Shown here piece after piece: positions 7,926-16,407 of a DNA stretch of 64,000 nucleotides. Below the pieces are notes generated by a model. That model was not told where the DNA came from, ran no database searches, and was given only the letters and a program-made list of their open reading frames with translations. Numbering within the stretch: the stretch's first letter is position 1; the number at the start of each line of letters is the position of its first letter. Source of the DNA: a virus. The position numbers were made by a program, and so were the translations under genes. The stretch is from the IMG/VR virus record IMGVR_UViG_3300027659_000031, positions 3,085 through 67,084 of that record. One strand, written 5' to 3'.

Positions 7926-10178
7926 ATGAGAGTTTTTCTCTTTTTTTTATTAGCTTGCATTTCTTTACAAACTTTATCTCAAGACACTTTATTCAACAAA
8001 AAATTAGACAACATTACAGTAACATCTGTTTCTAAAAAAGAAACTAATGTAGCAGTAGTGAATCTAATTAGAAATAGTTCAGTAGTTTCAGACGGACTTT
8101 CTATAGAGTTTATTAAAAAAACACCAGATCGTACAGTAGGCGATGCTCTAAAAAGGATAAATGGTGTTACTATTCAAAATGATAAGTTTGTATTAGTTCG
8201 TGGATTGTCTGATAGATATAATCTAGCTCTACTAAACAAAACTTATTTACCTTCTACAGAACCAGATAGAAAAGCGTTCTCATTTGATATCATTCCTTCA
8301 GCTTTAATTGATAACATTATTATATCAAAATCTGCAGCAGCAAATTTACCTGGAGATTTTGCGGGTGGTATTGTACAAATAACAACTAAAGATGTATCAA
8401 GTAATTTTTTCTCTTTAGGCGCAGGATTAAGTTATGGAACGGTGTCTACATTCCAAAAATTCAAGTTGGTGGAATATACGCAGTTTCCGCCCAACTTCCC
8501 ATCTACATATCGATTCCGTATAGGAAGCAACGGAGATAGAAGAGCATATAGCAAACTAATAAGTTCACCTAAAATGCAAACAACTAATTCTGCGCCTAAT
8601 ACTAACAATTCATTTTCTTTCGGATTAAAAAAGAACAAGTGGAATTTAATCGTAAGCTCTACTTATAGGACTTCTTATTTAATAAATTATATAGATAGAC
8701 AAGACTATCAGTCTTCAACAGAATTAGCTTACAAATATAAAGATACCTCGTATTCTAATACTCAGTTATTAAATGGATTAGCTAATATAACTTACATAGG
8801 CAAAAACAAATATAGTCTAAAGACAATAGTTAATTATCAAATAGAGAACTCTTATTTAACTCGTAATGGAGAGAACTACGATAACGTTCAGACAGTAAGA
8901 AGCAATTCATCTAATCATATTAATAAGCTCAATGTTAATTCTCAATTTGACGGTAAGATCAAAACATTAGACTTCAATTTAGGATATAATCTAATGCTAA
9001 GAGATCAACCTGATTATAGAGTGAATCCTATTACAAAATCATTAGGTACAAATGAAGCATACTCTATAGCATGGAGAGATACGTATCGTTTTTGGAGTGT
9101 TATGAACGAAAATAGTTTTAACGCAAGTGCTAATAAGTCTGTAGATAAATTTAAATTTGGCGGTAGCTATCTTAAAAAACTAAGAAGTTTTCAAGCTAGG
9201 ATCTTTAGATATGAATCTTTAGACATGCTAAACGAGATCACAAATAATACAGATAAGTACAAAGCTGATTTTGATTTGGGATCTGGCTATGCAATGTATG
9301 ATAACGACTTTGGAAAGTGGAAAGTAAACACGGGATTAAGGACTGAATACAATATATTTAGTGTCAATACTTCAGATTTTAGTGGACAAAAAGTAGACGT
9401 GAATAGAGAGTATCTCGATCTTCTACCTTCAATTAATTTATCTTATAATTTAGATAAGACAAAGTTTAGATTCTCTGCAAGTAAAACTGTATCTAGAGCA
9501 GAGTTTAGAGAAATAGCCAACTTTGCATATTATGATTTTGTTCGTAATGCACAGATATTAGGAAACCCTAAATTAGAAAAGTCAAACATCTACAACTTAG
9601 ATCTTAAATATGAATACTATCCTAAATCAGGTGAAAATATATCAATTGGAGTATTCGGTAAGAACTTTATCAAACCTATAGAACAGATAGTAGCTGATGG
9701 TTCAGTTCCATCAAACCTACTACTAACTTTCTTAAACCCTAAATCTGCAAATGTTTACGGTATAGAGTTAGAAGTTCGTAAGAAAATAAATGCTTGGTTA
9801 GATGCATATGCTAACGCAGCTCTAACTAATTCAGAGGTAAAAGTAAATGGAATAAAGAGACAGTTGCAAGGCCAATCTAATTACGTTGTTAATAGCGGAT
9901 TAAACTTTCATAAAAACAATAACACATTTAACATTACATACAATAGAGTAGGAGATAGGATATCTGCAGTAGGATTTCAAGGATACTCAGATATCTTTGA
10001 AAACTCAAGAGATGTATTTGATGTAGTGTATTTAAGAAAAATAAAAAAAGGAGAGATTAAACTATCGGTAAGCGACATCTTAGCTCAACCGTCAGTATAC
10101 TATCAAAAAACAAAAGGCAATTTAATTAAAACAAACAACGAACAAACAATTTCATTATCAATCAATTTTAATTTATGA
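7926..10178 (+). CDS. TonB-dependent outer-membrane receptor
   Basis: Signal peptide; plug motifs DALKRINGV, VRGLSDRYN, FSFDIIPS, GDFAGGIVQITTK; GNPKL; terminal amphipathic strand SLSINFNL. Confidence 0.9.
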   Translation: MRVFLFFLLACISLQTLSQDTLFNKKLDNITVTSVSKKETNVAVVNLIRNSSVVSDGLSIEFIKKTPDRTVGDALKRINGVTIQNDKFVLVRGLSDRYNLALLNKTYLPSTEPDRKAFSFDIIPSALIDNIIISKSAAANLPGDFAGGIVQITTKDVSSNFFSLGAGLSYGTVSTFQKFKLVEYTQFPPNFPSTYRFRIGSNGDRRAYSKLISSPKMQTTNSAPNTNNSFSFGLKKNKWNLIVSSTYRTSYLINYIDRQDYQSSTELAYKYKDTSYSNTQLLNGLANITYIGKNKYSLKTIVNYQIENSYLTRNGENYDNVQTVRSNSSNHINKLNVNSQFDGKIKTLDFNLGYNLMLRDQPDYRVNPITKSLGTNEAYSIAWRDTYRFWSVMNENSFNASANKSVDKFKFGGSYLKKLRSFQARIFRYESLDMLNEITNNTDKYKADFDLGSGYAMYDNDFGKWKVNTGLRTEYNIFSVNTSDFSGQKVDVNREYLDLLPSINLSYNLDKTKFRFSASKTVSRAEFREIANFAYYDFVRNAQILGNPKLEKSNIYNLDLKYEYYPKSGENISIGVFGKNFIKPIEQIVADGSVPSNLLLTFLNPKSANVYGIELEVRKKINAWLDAYANAALTNSEVKVNGIKRQLQGQSNYVVNSGLNFHKNNNTFNITYNRVGDRISAVGFQGYSDIFENSRDVFDVVYLRKIKKGEIKLSVSDILAQPSVYYQKTKGNLIKTNNEQTISLSINFNL

Positions 10179-11377
10179 AAAAATTATTAAGCTTAATTAT
10201 TATCATTGGAATCTTTAGTTGCACAAAACAATTAGGAGGAGAAGATGGACCTATCAATGTTCCTTCAACTACTACTATATCTGGAAATATCAACACTACT
10301 ACAACTTTAACATCTGATAAAGTATGGACACTTAAAGGATATGTTTATGTAACTGATGGCGCTAAATTAATCATTCAACCTGGTACTACTATTATAAGTG
10401 ATATTGCAGAAAAAGGCGCTTTGTGTATTGAAAGAGGCGCACAAATTATTGCAGAAGGCACAGCACTAAAACCGATTATATTCACCTCAGGTAAAAACAT
10501 CGGCGAGAGGTCTCCTGGTGACTGGGGTGGTATAGTTATTTTAGGTAGAGCAAAGACTAATAGATCTTCTGAACCAACAATAGAAGGTGGAATTGGTCGT
10601 TCTTATGGCGGTATTATCGACACAGACAATAGTGGAGTACTAAAGTATGTTCGCATTGAATATGCAGGCATTGCTGCATTACCTAACTCAGAGATTAATG
10701 CTCTAACTTTAGGTGGTGTGGGTAGCGGTACTGTAATTGAAAATGTACAGACTATCTATGCTAACGACGATGCATTTGAATTTTTCGGTGGAACAGTAAA
10801 TGCTAAAAACTTATATGCATTTGCTACAGCAGACGATGACTATGATTTTGATTTTGGTTACACCGGAACTATAACTAATAGTGTATCAAAGCGTGATCCT
10901 CAATTTGTAGATAATGGTGACGCTGGTAATGGTGTAGAATGCGACAATGATGGTACTGGATCACCAGCACAACCATTTACTCATCCTAAGCTAATTGGGA
11001 TGGTTCTGGTAGGATCTTTTGATGCAAGTTCATTATCCAATCACAACTTAGGATTGAGGTGGAGGAGAGCTACCCAATTCACAATTACAAACTCTAAGAT
11101 ACTAGGTTATATGAAAGGTGGTTTTAGCATTGAATCAAATGAAACTGCTCAAGCATATAAAGATGGTATTAGTAAGTTTGAAAATAACGAAGTACAATCT
11201 TATGATCCCCTACAAAATTTTAGGTCTACATCTACAGTAATAAATGTAGCGGATATGAAGACAAAAGCACTAGGTCAAGGTAATAAAGAAGTTTCTTACA
11301 CTAAGAACGAAATGGAAGTGCTATCAAAACCATCATGGATTAATGGTTGGACTAAATTTCCTGCTAAAGGACAGTAA
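10175..11377 (+). CDS. lipoprotein with beta-helix-like repeats, partner of TonB receptor
   Basis: Lipobox IFSC; PIIFTS, GDWGG, DNSGVLKYVRIEYAG, DDAFEFFGG motifs; overlaps receptor stop. Confidence 0.8.
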   Translation: MKKLLSLIIIIGIFSCTKQLGGEDGPINVPSTTTISGNINTTTTLTSDKVWTLKGYVYVTDGAKLIIQPGTTIISDIAEKGALCIERGAQIIAEGTALKPIIFTSGKNIGERSPGDWGGIVILGRAKTNRSSEPTIEGGIGRSYGGIIDTDNSGVLKYVRIEYAGIAALPNSEINALTLGGVGSGTVIENVQTIYANDDAFEFFGGTVNAKNLYAFATADDDYDFDFGYTGTITNSVSKRDPQFVDNGDAGNGVECDNDGTGSPAQPFTHPKLIGMVLVGSFDASSLSNHNLGLRWRRATQFTITNSKILGYMKGGFSIESNETAQAYKDGISKFENNEVQSYDPLQNFRSTSTVINVADMKTKALGQGNKEVSYTKNEMEVLSKPSWINGWTKFPAKGQ

Positions 11378-11591
11378 TTAAAAATAATATAATAAATAAT
11401 CTATGTATAAGTTTTTTGATCTATTGCTTAATTTTCGTAGTAACAAACAAGATATGATGGCTAAAGGATTTATATGGGGGATAGGATTGTTCTTACTTTG
11501 TTTTTTAATTTCTTTATCACTTTAAAGATAAATTGCATCGATTAATACAAAAGGTCTTATATTTGTATTGACACAAAAACAAATAAACGTT

Positions 11592-11768
11592 ATGAAAAAA
11601 GCAATGATTATTTTTGCAGCCTCTTTAACTTTGGCTGCCTGTGGCGGAAGTTCAGAACAAACTTCAACAGATTCAGTAGTAGTACCTGGCTCAGATTCTT
11701 CTCAGATTTTGCCAGCACTCACAGACTCAGCTAAGGCTGATACTGTAAATGTTCTTTCTGCTCAATAA
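11592..11768 (+). CDS. small lipoprotein, Ser/Thr/Asp-rich
   Basis: MKKAMIIFAASLTLAAC lipobox; TATATTTG at 11558-11565. Confidence 0.7.
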   Translation: MKKAMIIFAASLTLAACGGSSEQTSTDSVVVPGSDSSQILPALTDSAKADTVNVLSAQ

Positions 11769-11852
11769 GACAGATAGACAAGGCTGTCGAGGGAAACGCT
11801 CGGAAAGACTACCGTTGAAACGTCTTTTTCTATAAAATCAAATACTTATTAT

Positions 11853-12089
11853 ATGAAAGTTCTTTGTGTAAATGGATATGAAAACGTGCTTACTGAAGGT
11901 GAAGTTTATACTGTAGCTCAAGTAACTACAGGAAATAACTTTCTATTAGAAGAAGTAAATGTTCCAGAAGGATACACATCATTTAACTCTAATAGATTTG
12001 TTCCTCTTATTACAAGTGATGAAGATTCATTAGATGAAACTTTTTTAGAACACAAACCTACAGCAGTATTTTACTGTGTAGATCTTTAA
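11853..12089 (+). CDS. hypothetical protein
   Basis: 78-aa ORF. Confidence 0.55.
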   Translation: MKVLCVNGYENVLTEGEVYTVAQVTTGNNFLLEEVNVPEGYTSFNSNRFVPLITSDEDSLDETFLEHKPTAVFYCVDL

Positions 12090-12094
12090 AATAT

Positions 12095-12479
12095 GGGCCT
12101 GACTGGAATTGATCCGGTTGTTGAGATTGCACCACATGCAGGCGTTTGGTAGAGTCGCCTTAGAAAACTGCAAACAATAACTGACGAAATGTCAACAATG
12201 ACCTTCGATGACCTTATGGCCTTCGTTGGTGCCGATTACGCTGTAGCAGCCTAGTCCGCAAACGGGTGAGTAACCTAGGAACAGAACTACTCCGAGCGCT
12301 CACGATCGACTCGTTAAATAAGGACTGTGGATTAGTTTTCTTGATAGTCATAAAATCAAGTGGTGGAAACGACCATAACGGTCCGCCCCTACTGATCAAA
12401 AGAAATTTAGATCTAAGCATGTGAAACGTTGGTGTTATTGTCGCTATCGGAGACGAGAGTTCGAATCTCTCCAGGTCCA
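12095..12479 (+). ncRNA. ssrA: tmRNA
   Basis: Acceptor stem GGGCCTG/CAGGTCC with G3-U70 Ala determinant, discriminator A, T-arm GAGAG-TTCGAAT-CTCTC; tag ORF 12183-12254 after AATAACT ending YAVAA-stop. Confidence 0.93.
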
Positions 12480-12506
12480 CTAATTTTTAATCAAACCCAC
12501 CCTAAA

Positions 12507-13070
12507 ATGAAAACAGTTTTATTAACAATCTCGCTATTGTGCTCACTATTAGGATATTCCCAAAATGGAGGCCAATTTAATGAAAACAATGTTTTAAAAG
12601 TCGACTACGTAGGTTATAACAATGGTAACCACATATTCAAGATCATTAATAAAATTAATTGTGTCTTGGGTGTTAAGATAGATAAAAACGGTGTTACTTC
12701 TTCTCAAACTATGACAGGTTTACAGGAAACAGTCATTGTAGTAACTGCACCACAAACCCCACAAATTACTATTAAAGCTAAGAGAGAATCAGGGGCTAAT
12801 TGTAGACAAAATCCAGATAATGGTTGGGTAGAATTACAATCTAGTATTGTACTTCCTATTAAGTTTGGAGGCATTACAGCAATTAAAGTTAGTTCTAATC
12901 TAATTAAACTTACTTTTGATGTAGAAGAAGATCACGCACTTAAAAGTTATGGTATAATGGTAAGTCCTGATGGTAAAAATTTTAAGCGGGTTAAAGTTCT
13001 ATTTCCTAATGGAATAGTACCCTATGGTTCAACCAGTAGTAAAAAATATTCCGTACTAGTTAAATTCTAA
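12507..13070 (+). CDS. secreted protein with Bacteroidota LPV-type C-terminal beta-sandwich
   Basis: Signal peptide MKTVLL...GYSQ; VLPIKF...L.F...S.DGKNF resembles the domain preceding T9SS CTDs. Confidence 0.65.
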   Translation: MKTVLLTISLLCSLLGYSQNGGQFNENNVLKVDYVGYNNGNHIFKIINKINCVLGVKIDKNGVTSSQTMTGLQETVIVVTAPQTPQITIKAKRESGANCRQNPDNGWVELQSSIVLPIKFGGITAIKVSSNLIKLTFDVEEDHALKSYGIMVSPDGKNFKRVKVLFPNGIVPYGSTSSKKYSVLVKF

Positions 13071-13073
13071 ATC

Positions 13074-13226
13074 ATGAAATATATCCTTTTATTCATTTTA
13101 TTTTTAGTTTCTTGCACTAAAGAAGAGCAAGTAAAACAAGAAATATCAAATCCGGTACTAATTCAAATTGAAGCCGTACATGTGGATGGAAATATAGAAC
13201 TGTCTCCTATAGTTTTGGTAAGGTAA
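13074..13226 (+). CDS. small lipoprotein (not in ORF track)
   Basis: MKYILLFILFLVSCTKEEQ..., lipobox LVSC, 50 aa. Confidence 0.6.
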   Translation: MKYILLFILFLVSCTKEEQVKQEISNPVLIQIEAVHVDGNIELSPIVLVR

Positions 13227-13341
13227 AGTGCAATTAGTATTGGCAGGATTTTTGATTTATATTTAAATAAATTGCACTCTAAAGATATATTGAAAAGGTA
13301 AAACAATATGTCTTATATTTGTATTAATCAATCAAACAGTT

Positions 13342-13560
13342 ATGATATATATAATTTGGATCATTAGCGTCATTTACTGTATAATTAAAATGTACAGATC
13401 CTACAATAAGAAAGAAATAGATCCAGTTTACGCTACACCAGGTCTAGAGACCCTAGCAATCGTAGTAATGGCGCCAGTTCTAATGGCAGTAGATGCAACT
13501 CTTACATGGGTTCGTAAGTTCAAAGAGTATAGAGAAGAAAAACAAGATAAGATCTTTTAG
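13342..13560 (+). CDS. hypothetical membrane protein
   Basis: Two hydrophobic segments; TATATTTG at 13314-13321. Confidence 0.6.
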   Translation: MIYIIWIISVIYCIIKMYRSYNKKEIDPVYATPGLETLAIVVMAPVLMAVDATLTWVRKFKEYREEKQDKIF

Positions 13561-13565
13561 TTAAT

Positions 13566-13722
13566 TGTCAAGTGGTGAAAGGATATATCCACGGCATACA
13601 CACCCTCTCGTCTCGAGGGCGCTGAATCTGAAAAAGGTAGACAGGATATGGGTTGACCACAAGCGCGCGCATTTTGTCCACTACCGAATCACAGCATGAA
13701 GGTTCGAATCCTTCCTTGACAG
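13566..13722 (+). ncRNA. atypical tRNA-like RNA with ~75-nt structured variable arm
   Basis: Acceptor TGTCAAG/CTTGACA, D-stem GTG/CAC, stem CCCTC/GAGGG with non-canonical loop TCGTCTC, T-arm GAAGG-TTCGAAT-CCTTC. Confidence 0.75.
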
Positions 13723-13761
13723 CATAGTTACCGTTCTTTGACATATAAGGAGAAACAAAAC

Positions 13762-14040
13762 ATGGAAACATTATCATTCGTTTTAGGGATAGCGTTTATA
13801 GTGGTTATAGCTTTGACTGTAGTTGCTACTTATGCTTTCGTTAAAGTAATAAAAATGCAAAAATCATTAGAAGAATTAATGAGAGACACTGATCAAAGAT
13901 TAGCAGAAGTTTGGCAGGGTATATCTGAAGAGAATAGGCAGATTCATCAGAAAGTAGATCTTTTTGAAAAAGATATTTATTCTCAATTAGATTCAAGATT
14001 AGACAAATTAGAAACTAAATTAACAAACAATAAAAAATAA
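13762..14040 (+). CDS. single-TM coiled-coil hypothetical protein
   Basis: METLSF start with AAGGAG upstream; flanked by a 17-nt inverted repeat. Confidence 0.65.
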   Translation: METLSFVLGIAFIVVIALTVVATYAFVKVIKMQKSLEELMRDTDQRLAEVWQGISEENRQIHQKVDLFEKDIYSQLDSRLDKLETKLTNNKK

Positions 14041-14165
14041 ATAAGTTAAAGAGCGGTAACTTAACTTCTGAACACAGTGAAGTCTAATAGGTTGATTGGA
14101 AACTAGGTTAGAAATGCCAATTATAAAAGCAGATGTCCACGCACCCATCTTCTGCTTTCCTAAAT

Positions 14166-14239
14166 AGTCGGGTAGCTTAGTTGGTTAAAGCGTTTGACTG
14201 ATATTCAAAAGACCACAGGTTCGAATCCTGTCCTGACTA
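14166..14239 (+). tRNA. tRNA-Ile(GAT)
   Basis: Cloverleaf; anticodon arm TTTGA-CTGATAT-TCAAA; T-arm ACAGG-TTCGAAT-CCTGT; CCA not encoded. Confidence 0.85.
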
Positions 14240-14297
14240 CAAAGCGGATAAAATGTGCAGTAGCCGCAGAGAATCTAGATCTCACTGCACTCTTATT

Positions 14298-14382
14298 GCC
14301 CCGGTGATGGAACTGGTAGACATGCAAGACTTAAAATCTTGTTCGCTGAAAGCGAGTACGGGTTCGATTCCCGTCTGGGGCA
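14298..14382 (+). tRNA. tRNA-Leu(TAA)
   Basis: Anticodon arm CAAGA-CTTAAAA-TCTTG, long variable arm, acceptor GCCCCGG/CTGGGGC. Confidence 0.92.
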
Positions 14383-14386
14383 CTTA

Positions 14387-14460
14387 GGACCTATAGCTCA
14401 GTTGGTTAGAGCATCTGACTCATAATCAGAGGGTCCCTGGTTCAAGTCCAGGTGGGTCCA
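14387..14460 (+). tRNA. tRNA-CAT (likely Ile2, lysidine-type; elongator Met not excluded)
   Basis: Anticodon arm TCTGA-CTCATAA-TCAGA; GGACC acceptor stem as in bacterial Ile2 tRNAs; no initiator features. Confidence 0.88.
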
Positions 14461-14475
14461 CTAAAAACGAATAAT

Positions 14476-14721
14476 ATGGAAAACAATCCAATTGAAAAAT
14501 GCGTTATCTGTAAAAAAGATACCACTTATTATTTTAATGATCATATTGACATGAGATATGGTTATATTGAAGGAGCTGGTCAATTATGTAAACCTTGTTA
14601 TGATACAGGAATAAATCGTAGTCATATAGCAATTCCAGAAAACATAATATGTAAGACTCCTAATGATCAAGAGTTAGGTGGTAAAGTAAGAGATATCTAT
14701 TGGCAACATAAACAACAATAA
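14476..14721 (+). CDS. hypothetical zinc-finger protein
   Basis: CVIC..YIEGAGQLCKPC. Confidence 0.6.
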   Translation: MENNPIEKCVICKKDTTYYFNDHIDMRYGYIEGAGQLCKPCYDTGINRSHIAIPENIICKTPNDQELGGKVRDIYWQHKQQ

Positions 14722-14722
14722 A

Positions 14723-14962
14723 ATGCAACAACAGAAACAAGTTAGGGTCAATATTCCGTTAGACAAGACAGCACCAATTTCTTGTGAAGAGTGTGGATGC
14801 TCTACATTTCAAGAAGCTTTGATGTTACGTAAGGTTAGTAAATTTTTAACTGGAGATGCGCAAGACGGTATTATGCCTATTGCTACATTTGTGTGTACAA
14901 AGTGTGGACATGTTAACAAAGAGTTTTACCCTAAAGAATTAACTAAGAATGAGCAAGAATAA
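14723..14962 (+). CDS. zinc-ribbon hypothetical protein
   Basis: CEECG and CTKCGH. Confidence 0.65.
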   Translation: MQQQKQVRVNIPLDKTAPISCEECGCSTFQEALMLRKVSKFLTGDAQDGIMPIATFVCTKCGHVNKEFYPKELTKNEQE

Positions 14963-15215
14963 AGACATTTACGGAAAGATCATTGAATATAAAGATGAAA
15001 ACAGCAGGATTATACTCAAAGCAGATTCTATTGTAGATTCTATTGTAGACAAGTTTATTGACCGTTCTAGAGTAGGCAAAGCAAAATATGGTACTACACT
15101 AGATCGTGAAGATTGGTCATTAGATCAATGGATTGAAGCCGCTATTGAAGAACATATGGATGCTATTCTGTACCTCCAGAAGATTAGGACCGTAATTGGA
15201 GGTAAAAATAACTAA
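14949..15215 (+). CDS. small all-alpha protein, possible MazG-like NTP pyrophosphatase
   Basis: G..KYGTTLDR...W...A.EE..DA.LY motif. Confidence 0.5.
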   Translation: MSKNKDIYGKIIEYKDENSRIILKADSIVDSIVDKFIDRSRVGKAKYGTTLDREDWSLDQWIEAAIEEHMDAILYLQKIRTVIGGKNN

Positions 15216-16120
15216 TGCCTAAACCTAAAATCAATATTAATTGGGCATATCAAAAGGCAGTATCCTATTCACAGTATTCTATATATAAGCAATGCCAATA
15301 TCAATGGTATCTAAGTTATATTAAGAAGGAGTCTAGTTTTAAGCCGTCTATCTATTTGGTATATGGCACAGCAATGCACGAAACTATTCAGACGTACCTG
15401 CAAACAATGTATGATAAGTCTGTTAAAGCTGCTGATGAAATAGACATGAATAAGTTATTAGAGGATAGGATAGTAGCTACTTATAAAGAGAGTATAGGTG
15501 AAAATAAAAATCAACATTTTAGCACTAAAGAAGAGTTAAAAGAGTTTTTATCTGATGGCCAACTTACATTAGACTGGTTTAAGAAAAATAGAGGTAAGTA
15601 CTTTTCTAAAAAAAATACTGAGCTAGTTGGTATTGAGATACCTATTCTACAACCAGTATTAGAAGATATTCCTAATGTTCTTATGAATGGTTCTATTGAC
15701 TTTATTATCTATGATAAGATATTAGAGAAGTATACTATCTATGACATAAAGACAAGCACAAAAGGATGGACTGATTATGAAAAGAAAGATCAGACTAAAA
15801 TAAATCAGATCTTACTTTACAAAAGGTTTTATTCTAAAGTAATGAATGTTCCCGAGGATAAAGTTGACGTTATGTTCTTTATAGTAAAAAGAAAAGTGTT
15901 TAGTCATCCTGACTATCCTTCATATAGAATACAAGAATTCATACCGGCTAATGGAAAAAGAAAAGTACAGGAAGCTATAGATGATCTCTCTACTTTTATA
16001 CGAGAATGCTTTACTCCTAATGCTAAGTATAATGCAGACAGACTCTATATAAAGAACACTAGTAGTTGTAAGTTTTGTCCTTACGCAAACAAACCTGATC
16101 TTTGCGATAAAAAAGTTTAA
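15215..16120 (+). CDS. PD-(D/E)XK nuclease (Cas4/RecB-like)
   Basis: SYSQ..Y..C, GTAMHE, GSIDF..IYDIKTS, Q..LY, C-terminal CKFCPY..C. Confidence 0.85.
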   Translation: MPKPKININWAYQKAVSYSQYSIYKQCQYQWYLSYIKKESSFKPSIYLVYGTAMHETIQTYLQTMYDKSVKAADEIDMNKLLEDRIVATYKESIGENKNQHFSTKEELKEFLSDGQLTLDWFKKNRGKYFSKKNTELVGIEIPILQPVLEDIPNVLMNGSIDFIIYDKILEKYTIYDIKTSTKGWTDYEKKDQTKINQILLYKRFYSKVMNVPEDKVDVMFFIVKRKVFSHPDYPSYRIQEFIPANGKRKVQEAIDDLSTFIRECFTPNAKYNADRLYIKNTSSCKFCPYANKPDLCDKKV

Positions 16121-16181
16121 AATATTTTTTTATTTACGTATTTATTTGTATATTCTGATATATTTATTATAAAATAGAAAT

Positions 16182-16400
16182 ATGCTAAATAAATCAAAGA
16201 GGGTTATAACATCGGTAAAAATACCACAAATTCTATACGAAGACTTTAAAGTAACATCTGTTAAAACAAAAATGGGACTACAAGATATTGTTGAAAGAGC
16301 AATGTTTATGTACCTTACAAATACATCCTTTAGACAAGTTATTCACGAACAATACAATACACATTATACAGGATCTAGTTTAATTGACGCAATAAAATAA
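16182..16400 (+). CDS. small DNA-binding protein (ribbon-helix-helix-like)
   Basis: TSVKI strand followed by two helices; heads the glycosylation island. Confidence 0.5.
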   Translation: MLNKSKRVITSVKIPQILYEDFKVTSVKTKMGLQDIVERAMFMYLTNTSFRQVIHEQYNTHYTGSSLIDAIK

Positions 16401-16407
16401 GTTACAC

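Noticed and set aside
12429-12506. N-terminal extension of ORF 12429-13070
   Set aside because: Overlaps the tmRNA 3' end; the signal-peptide start at 12507 is more plausible
13566-13722. Ordinary tRNA-Asp(GTC) or intron-containing tRNA
   Set aside because: Loop lacks U33/R37, and the insert is in the variable arm and too short for a group I intron; kept as an atypical tRNA-like RNA
14064-14290. Theta/HDV-like ribozymes next to tRNAs
   Set aside because: Could not build the P1-P2-P3-P1.1 nested double pseudoknot with a catalytic C in J4/2
15024-15050. 12-bp tandem duplication (DSIVDSIVD); similar LPKLKK duplication at the end of 17852-19156
   Set aside because: Short in-frame duplications with no evidence of a larger system
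15215-16120. CRISPR-Cas system (Cas4)
   Set aside because: Solo Cas4-like nuclease common in phages; no cas1/cas2 and no repeat-spacer array seen in the window
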